Assembly: GCA_964016885.1 (NCBI GenBank)
Contig: OZ024740.1
Coordinates: 306,528,001-306,592,000 of the forward strand
DNA length: 64,000 nucleotides
Direction: 5' to 3'
Origin: Eledone cirrhosa
Taxonomy: Eukaryota
Shown in pieces: positions 55,552 through 64,000 of this stretch. Made by a program: the position numbers and the translations under genes. Each line of letters opens with the position of its first letter. The stretch's first letter is position 1. The notes under the pieces were generated by a model. That model was not told where the DNA came from, made no database searches, and worked only from the letters and a program-made list of their open reading frames with translations.

Positions 55552-56229
55552 GCATACATACATGCATGCATACATACATATAAGCATTTATACATTTTTA
55601 TCTATACACACGCGTACAAACATTTTTATCTACAGATACAATAGTATCCACTATAAAGTGAATGTTCACACATTCACGTAAATGTACATTCACTCAATAT
55701 TTTACCTAAAAACATCAAAGCACATAATAAAGCTAGCTCGTGTTGAATCACCAGATACACGACCATACTTCGTAGGTTCACTGATTCATCAATTGAAACG
55801 CATGCGTGCCTTGATCCCCCACCTGATTTTTAAAACAGTCAGAACTAAAATTGAACCCTGTGGCATTTAAGACAGCCATATCCGCCCAAAATTCTCTCAC
55901 ATCTTTCTCTTCAAACCAACTATAACTGGCTGTTCATACTTATCTTAAGGTACTGTTATCAAAATAAATAATATCAAAATCTCATAGATGCAATATTATG
56001 TGAGATAATTATGTGAGTAAAGCCCTTACCACAAAAATACAATGGTGGATATAGAGTAAGTAAATGATAAACGGTTAAATTCTAAGTGAAATAAGTCACA
56101 ATACATAAGGTTGTAGTGTAACATGACCAGAAACCTAGGTTTGAAAAAACCAAAGAACTTCAGAATAAAAAAAAAAATCAATGAAAACTCATACAAATAT
56201 ACATATAATACGCATTCATGTTCGCATGC

Positions 56230-56269
<40 letters not shown>

Positions 56270-56273
56270 ATGT

Positions 56274-56520
56274 GTGGAGGTACGTGGCCTAGTGGTAAGG
56301 GTGTTGGACTTACGATCATGATGTCGCGGGTTCGATTCTTGGGTTGCGTGTTGTGTTCTTGAGCAAAACATTTCATTTTACGTTGCACCAGTATACTCGG
56401 CTGAAAATGAGTACCAGTAATAGCTGGTGGTTTAACTCTGCGATGGACTGGTGTCCTGTCCAGGGGGGAGTCTTGTACTCTCACTCGCTTCACGCCATGA
56501 GCCTTCTGGCTTAATACAGA
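56274..56520 (+). mobile_element. SINE family B
   Basis: Same boxes and body as 52459. Confidence 0.85.
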
Positions 56521-56521
56521 C

Positions 56522-56560
<39 letters not shown>

Positions 56561-56876
56561 ACCTCTCTCTATATACTGATTTATAAAGAGTCCTGAATCT
56601 ATTCCTTGAGCTCATTAAATTATAGGAGATTAACGTGAGTCTTTAACTCCGTTTTTTTTAATTTGATGTATTGGCTCCTAATTCATTTATATATGTAAGT
56701 AGGGCTTCTTAAGTTGAATGGTTCTGAGCTGCTGTTTTTAGTCCATTCACACCACCATGGGCTGTATAGTGCGTGTGTTTTCTCTCTACACCATGTGCGT
56801 CTTTTTAGTTATCTGATAAGTTTTTAGAAGTGAGGACCATATTGTAGTCCACCTGTTGACAAGACCTTTATAATAT

Positions 56877-57095
56877 GATTTCTAGTATAGGCACAAGGCC
56901 AGTAATTTGGGGGAAGGGGAAAGTCGATTAAATCGACCCCAGTACGTTACTGGTGCTTTATTTTATCGACTCCGTAAGGATGAAAGGCAAAGTTAACCTC
57001 GGCGGGATTTGAACTCATACCGTAAAGCGGCGTAACTCTATGCTGCATAGCATGGTGTCCGACTCTCTACTGATACTGCCAATCCACCGCCCTCA
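56877..57095 (-). mobile_element. SINE family A (longer subtype)
   Basis: Consensus match with an extra ggggaaggggaaagtcgattaaatcgac segment; flanking TATAATATG repeats. Confidence 0.85.
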
Positions 57096-57321
57096 AGCCC
57101 TCTATAATATGGATATGGAATCTTCATTTGTTGTGGCGAAACATACTCTACTTTGAGCATGTCCAGGTGTTTTTTATTGGACGGTTGGTACATTTTAATT
57201 TATTCTTTTAACTGATTTGTATTTGCCTTTCTTTTCGTAGACAATATGTTCTTCAGACTGGTGGTTTTCTATCCCCCATCATTAAACGCATACCTCTATA
57301 TGTACTTCTCTCTATATACTG

Positions 57322-57383
<62 letters not shown>

Positions 57384-57792
57384 CAGAATGGAGGCGGTAA
57401 AAACTAGTTAGAACAATACTTCCCAGAGTACTCGATACTTGGTGTAGTAGAGTGGGTAATAAGAAAAATTCGGGATCACGATGGCTGAGCTCCGAGGGTT
57501 TCAACAGCTCAATCCGTTCGGATCTAGCTGTTGAAACGGCCGGAGCTCAGCCGTCGGTGTCCCAAATTTTTCATATATATATATATACACACACACACGT
57601 AGTCCTTTCGAATTACAAGCACAACTCATTTTTGCCAGCTGAGTGGACTGGAACAAAGCGAAATAAAGTGCCTGGCCCAAGGACACAACGCGTCGCTGAG
57701 AATCGCACTCACAGCCTTACGATCACAAACCGAATACACTAACCACTAACTCACACGCTTTCACATGATCACATACATGCATACATACATAC

Positions 57793-58980
57793 ATGGTGGC
57801 TGCCAACTCGTTTTCGAGTACGGCCATTACTTTATATCCATGTAGGAGAACCGCTACCAATGCGCTGAACGAGTGTGACTTTTTAGTCCAGCCAGCGACT
57901 TGAAAACTCTGGTACAAACACTACACTTGTGACAATTATTGACACATAGTGCTTTACCTTTGGTACCATGTGACGACAAGTGCAGAGAGATCTCCAGATA
58001 CAAAGCAATGCCTGTGCCGTGAAGCTTTTATAGTGAGCAAAGGCACTGCACAAAGCCAGTCCCACTCTCTTAACCAAGATGATATTTACCAAAAAGAAGA
58101 ACAAGTCAACATCATTGGATACCATCAGGATTGCAGGTGTTATATCAGAGTTTTCCTTCTTCTAGAATTCTGCCCTGACAAAGGCTAAGGGGTCATCTCT
58201 CCCAGTGATTTTGGATGGCCATTGACTCTTAAGAGCTCCTTTGCCCTTTGACAGGTTTTGTTTTTAGTCCTGCAGGATGTCCAAAGTCACCCTCCTCACC
58301 AAGAAACCTTGGTGGGGTTGCCAGTTTAGTCGCCAACGACCCGACCATGAGACAGATTGTACTGGGATACATGTTACCAGTAGCACCAAATGGTGACCTG
58401 ACATACATACATACACACATACATACATACACACATACATACATACATACTTGATGGCTGCAAACTCTGCTAAGAGTTTTGCAATCGCTTGTCAGATTAT
58501 AGAGTTTGGTGCACTTTTAGGCTACGGCCAGCCAGACGAACCTGTAACATAACCTGAACAAGCAATGCCTGTGCTGTAAAGGTTTTTAAGTGGGGAAAGG
58601 CCTTGCATTCGACCAATCCCTCTCTCCGAGCATCGAAAACACTACACAAAATAAAGAATTGGTCAATATCATCGGATGCTTCCGAAGACGCAGGGTTTTT
58701 TTTTTTTTCAGAGTTTCCCTCTCCTTGAAAGGCGTTGAGACAACAACTGGGGGCCTTTCACTCCCAGGTGAAAAAAAAACTACTATTTGGATGGCCGTTG
58801 ACTCTGCTGAGCCCCTCCACCCTTTGCCGGGTCTTGCATTTCATCCAGCACGGTGTCCAAATATCACCCTCCACACCAAGCAATCTTGGTGGGGTTGCCG
58901 GTTTAGTCGCCGACAACCTGCCCATGAGACAGCTTGTACTGGGTTACATGTTACCAGTAGCACTCGAGAGCGACCTGACA
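57793..58980 (-). mobile_element. Two tandem family C elements in (TACA)n
   Basis: 57793-58400 is nearly identical to 45511-46110; 58452-58980 is a diverged relative. Confidence 0.75.
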
Positions 58981-59020
58981 TACATACATACATACATACA
59001 TACATACATACATACATACA

Positions 59021-59049
<29 letters not shown>

Positions 59050-59051
<2 letters not shown>

Positions 59052-59880
59052 GAGGCGTAAAACACAGACCATAGAGGGGATAAACCACTCAAAAAGCCTG
59101 GCATGGAGTTCCGACAAGTTTATGACATCACACCTTGAGGGATATCTCTATGCAATACAGGAACAAGAACTCCCTACCAAATATCTGCTGCACAAAAGAG
59201 GAGGGCCAGCAGCTGACAATAAATGTAGGCTATGTAAAACAAAGATCGAGGATGTAAGCCACATTGTTGCCAGCTGCGAAAGAATGTCATCTCGCTACTA
59301 CCTCCCCATGAGACACGATGGGATAGCTAGAACCATCTGGAACGCACTTCGGAAAACAAAATTAACAACAAACGAGGAAGAATATATTGAGACAGATGGC
59401 ACTAAGGAATACTGGTGGAACCTGAAAATAAAAACTGCCACCAAATTAAAGCACAACCGGCCTGATATTGTAGTTTGGGACCACACATTGAAAACGTGTT
59501 CTGTTGTGGAGATCAGCTGCCCACTTGATGTAAACGTTGTCAGAAAAATACAGGAGAAGGAGGACATCTACGGACCATTGATGAGGAGCTTACAAATCCA
59601 GTATCCAAGATACACCTTTAGCTTCATACCCATCATTATTGGTGCTACGGGTTATATACCAACCCGCTTGGACCAAAGTATGACCGAACTTGGATTTGCG
59701 GACAAAAAGCGCAGCTCCCTAATTCATAGTCTACAAATGGCTGCGATAGCTGGCACCTTCAAAATATGCAAAACATTCTTGCGATTCAAGGGATGACAAT
59801 TTCTTTTCTTTTACAACCTTGCCACCAGGAAGGTGGCCGGTCAAAAAAATATACTCGAAATTAAGAGAAAGAGAAAACAT
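59050..59880 (+). pseudogene. R4-like 3' fragment (CCHC + endonuclease) flanked by (TACA)n
   Basis: AIQEQ, CRLC...EDVSHIVASC, RHD, HNRPDIVVWD, VVEISCPLD, IPIIIGATG. Confidence 0.88.
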
Positions 59881-59904
59881 ACATACATACATACATACAT
59901 ACAT

Positions 59905-60320
59905 AAGTCTGTAGAGATATGAAGGGCAAAGTAATAAATATCACTGAGGCCCTATCCCAGAAAGACAAGACAGATTCCTTCTGGAGAAAAATATGAGGTG
60001 AAAAGAAGAATTTTAACCAAGATGCAGTGGGGCTAAAAGAAATCCAAAATAACTATTTCTCCTACGCTACGACAAAAACATACGAAATAAATTAGGATAC
60101 CCTTGAGACTGTGATAGGAAAACTCCAAGATAAGAAAGCACCAGGAAGAGACATGATTGTCGGCTACAGGTACAAAAAACTGATATTCTATCGGATGTAT
60201 CTTATCTACCTCTACCAACAAGCTCTCAAGGGAGATACACATATACCATAATGGTTGACATTAGCACAAACAATACTGGTCCCCAAGAACAAAGACACCC
60301 ACTTGGCAAAAAACCATGCC
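59905..60320 (+). pseudogene. R4-like RT N-terminal relic
   Basis: FWRKI, KAPGRDMIVGY, WLTLAQTILVPKNKD in broken frames. Confidence 0.65.
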
Positions 60321-60762
60321 TGATTTAAACTCTACTTCTGTATTGTGTTTTCATTCTTACGTCCGTCAATAATTCACGTACTCCCAGGTCTAATTATTTT
60401 ATTCTATATTTTAAAAAAACATATACGACAAAACAAGAACATAACAAGAAATCCCATACTTACGATTTCCCATACCCCACCACTTGTTCCCACCCCTCCT
60501 GTTATTGGGGAACCTCTCTATGCCTACTACACGTCACTCTCCTATTATCCTTTCTCTGTATCTACAACCAACAAATTCCCCTCTCTCTATATCTAACATA
60601 CAAAACACTCCAAATCCCCCCTCTTTATATAAAAAATCTCCAAACTCTCCTCCTCGCCATCTCTACCACACTCTCTCGTAATCGTTCGCTCTATATCTTT
60701 TACGATACTGTCTCTCACAATCCCCCTCTCTATATTTAGCAATATTTATCTTTCTCAACCCC

Positions 60763-62420
60763 TTGGAACCGGGATTGCGGAAAGCGGTGTCGGCCTACGC
60801 CGATGACGTGACAGTAATGGTGTCGTGCGCCTCGGAAATCGGGCAGATCGGCACCTTACTGGAGGAATATGAAAGGTTCACAGGAGCCAAGCTGAACCGG
60901 GACAAGTCCGTCGGTTTGCAACTCGGGACGTGGAGGGGCAAAACGATGCCCTCCGACGGCATCGTCGGACGCTGGACGGAGGGACGGGTGAAGCTGCTCG
61001 GGGTCTGGTTCGGACCGAACCTCCAGGTGGAGAAAAACTGGGACGAGGTAACGGGCAAGGTGTTTGCACTCGCCCAGAAGTGGGCCGAGTGCAAACTATC
61101 CCTGAAAGGTCGAGCGGAGGTGGCGAACGTTTATATAGCGTCCGTCATCTACTACCGCTTGACCGTCGTGCCTTGCCCAGAGAAAACACTCGCCAAAATG
61201 GAGCGCGCGCTCTTCCGATTTCTTTGGAAGAAGCGGGCTCCTTTGGTGAGAAGATCCATCTGCTGTCAACACCCTTCGAATGGAGGGCTGGGGCTGCCGT
61301 GGCTGACGATGCGTAGACACGCATTAAGGCTACGGCACCTCCAGGTATTCCTCACCGGTCAGCCGGTGTGGGCCCTGTTTGTGAGGCGAGCCTTTCCGAG
61401 ACTCGTCTCACTCACCGAACTGCAATCCTGGGTCAAGCAAAGACCGAGAAAAGTGGGCGAGTGGCACATTGAATGTGCCCAGGCGCTCACGGCCCTCTGG
61501 CAAGCGGATCCGGCAATCAGTGGAGACTCAACCACAACATTCTATAGAGGGTTGGTGCGCAGTAAGTGCGACGACGCTCTCGGAGAGGCTCTGGGCATGG
61601 AGGAAGATGAGCTAGCCAGTCTGTTCGGTAGGACGTTTGGCCCGGGACCGATGGACAACTTCCAAAAGTCCCTAGCTTGGCAATGTTACCGAGGAGCTGA
61701 CCCGTTCGGGACAAGCTCTACAGACACGAGCGCCCAGGTAGGGACCCCTCGAAGAAGATCTGTCCGAGATGCGTGCGTGACGAGGAAACCGTCGCACACG
61801 CATTCGTACACTGCCCGGGCGTTGCTGACCTGTGGGGTTATGTGGAACGACTACTGTCGCGGGTGGGACCAATCCGGTTGACCATCGAGAACATTGTCAC
61901 GATCAAACCGCCTCCCCCTTTCAAAAACGAAGGAGAGGCGGTTTTCCTCTGTGTGATAGCTATGGCGAAAGAAGTTGTATGGTGGACAAGGTTGAAAGGG
62001 CTGAGGTCAGACACCTTTCTCTCCGGCCAACAACTGGTCTTTTCTTTTCAAGTACCACTTTAGAAGAAGGATCAGAATGGAGAGAGAGGTGCTCTACCCC
62101 AGCAAGTTTTATGAAAGGTGGGTGAAAGTAGCGAGAATGGCCCGAGTGAATGGGCCTTCTCTCTATATCAGCCTGTAGGTGAGAGAGGAGAAGAATGAGA
62201 AGAGGAAGGAAGCACCCGCTCTTTGTGCTCCTGAAGAGGAGGGTTGCACATTTTTTCGGGGGTGTGTGCGACCCATGTCAACGCCCCTCCCTATTGAGGA
62301 CATCGATTGTTAAATTTAATTTGTTATATGTTTTTTACACGTCTTTTTAAATGTATGTAAACTCTCCCCTTTGTATTTGTCCCAATCTTTGATGCCCTGG
62401 TGGCAAATAAATAGAAATTT
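60763..62420 (+). pseudogene. L1/Tx1 ORF2 3' half, 5'-truncated sister subfamily
   Basis: SAYADDVTV...KLSLKGRAEVAN...MDNFQKSLAWQCYRGA paralogous to 39070-40452; frameshifts near 61700 and 62050; 3' UTR with AATAAA. Confidence 0.92.
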
Positions 62421-63566
62421 ATATCAATAAACATCAATCTCTCCCCCTCTCTATATCTAATATACAACACACTCTCCCAACCTTCCTCTCTATATCAAAT
62501 ACCACCAAACTCTCCCGCCCCTCTCCATGTCTCTATCTATCTCTACATAACATGTACACAAATTGTAGCGCATATACAAATAAATGAGTGTTTTGGTGGT
62601 TTGGGGAGAAAAGTTTTATTATTGCCACCCAGACCCCGGTCCCCTTTTCCACCGACCCAGCACATACATACATACGTACATACATACATACATACATACA
62701 TACATACATACATACAGACAGACATACATACGTACATACATACAGACAGACAGACAGAAGAAAAGCGTGGGGAGTCTGGAAAAATTTTGTATCATATGAT
62801 ATCACCACCTGGATAGCATCTGCTTATCAGTAGTTGTAAAAATAAATACAACAATCAAGCACTCAAAAGCTAGAACATCTTACAGACCGGTAGAGAAATA
62901 TTGAAGAAGTACCTTCCTAATTGCTGGACTGACGTATCTGAACAAGAAACTGTCAGCATACCCTTCTCCCATCCCCGCAAACAGTGTTATGCATACCCTC
63001 GTGTCTTGAATAATCGCCCCCATTTTATTCTAAACAACCCTCTATCACGCGCTTATTAAATTTTTCTCATCTATCTCCGGCGAAATTCTGTTGTAAGTGA
63101 TTCATATTGATACAGCAGCTGGAGAATATAATAATTATTTTATTTTACATTAAAAGAAACATTATATATGACAAAAAAAGAACATTACAAGAAATCCCAT
63201 ATTTACCAACGTACACTGTACAATTACCAATCCTCACCCCCATTTATTCCAATCCCGCTTATAAGAATTTAAGCAAATGTCCACCACCCCCTTCCCCGCT
63301 TTTTCCAATCCTTCTATTATTTGGGACCTGGGAGTAGGTATAAGGCTGTTATAAACTTGAGGAAGGTGATAACGTTAACGTGAAGTCCTCTTGGACTCGT
63401 GATCGTTGCATCACCTCATACATCGTTGCATCGCGCTTTTGCACCCTAAGAACATCAGATAGCTACACAATTCCTATTACATAAAAAGGAAATTGAAGCT
63501 TTTAAACCACCAAAAAATGCAACAAAAAATATGGATTGTGTCCCATTTTTTGTGAAAGATATGTTG

Positions 63567-63685
63567 TGAAGACGCGTGGCTGAGTGGTTAGAGAATTGGG
63601 TTCTCAATCGTAAGGTTGTGAATTCGATTCCCGGACCGGGTGATGCATTATGTCCTTGGGCAAGACACTTTATTTCCCGTTGATC
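63567..63685 (+). mobile_element. tRNA-derived SINE head (family B-related)
   Basis: TGGCTGAGTGG A box, GAATTCGATTCCC B box, then tgtccttgggcaagacacttt. Confidence 0.75.
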
Positions 63686-63934
63686 CTTCTACCTGGATTT
63701 GCGACCGATAGATAGTATTAGCAATTGGAAAGACCAATTGATGAAAGTCGATCGAGTGTCGATGTTATCAGCAGCCTAGAAATGGCATCAAGCGACTACC
63801 TTCCAATGTGGTATGACATTGCTAAAACAATATACAATGTCATCTATAGGAATGACTGCTCTGTATGTAGCCCCCAACAAGTCCGTCTCGTGACTTACAC
63901 TGGAGAAATTAAGAAGAATCGACTTCAGTGTTAA

Positions 63935-64000
63935 ACTGGTTCTTTATTTATTGACCTTGAAAGGATGAATGGCAAAGCTAAATCCTGCCGGATTTGAACT
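63935..64000 (-). mobile_element. SINE family A fragment, cut by window edge
   Basis: actggtt...aaggatgaatggcaaag...ggatttgaact. Confidence 0.7.

Noticed and set aside
58735-59049. N-terminal part of the 353-aa ORF
   Set aside because: Chance read-through of antisense family C sequence and (TACA)n into the R4 fragment; the same applies to 14626-14892 of the 430-aa ORF.
51334-63685. Functional tRNA genes
   Set aside because: A/B boxes continue into a shared SINE body and lack complete cloverleaves.

Overview
This is a eukaryotic, AT-rich, microsatellite-saturated window with no recognisable host protein-coding gene. The SINE families and repeat style suggest an octopod cephalopod (inference). 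Most short ORFs in the track are artefacts of (TA)n, (CA)n, (TACA)n and (ACC)n repeats. Retroelements: one intact R4/Dong-like non-LTR element (RT + CCHC + restriction-like endonuclease, 29873-33265, minus) with several relics, a near full-length disrupted L1/Tx1 element in (TTA)n, three Penelope-like element (PLE) coding relics, an RTE relic, two tRNA-derived SINE families and a non-coding RTE-like family. DNA elements: a DD37D/maT relic and hAT-type MITEs with 8-bp TSDs. The main signal outside the ORF track is about 15 type I hammerhead ribozyme motifs (intact, variant or decayed) from several families. They sit in short (TA)n-flanked units that often occur as inverted pairs, consistent with PLE pseudo-LTRs or retrozyme-like elements. 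One four-copy family has a compensatory U3-A8 core (UUGAAAA instead of CUGANGA). All folds were read by eye; no activity or database match has been tested.
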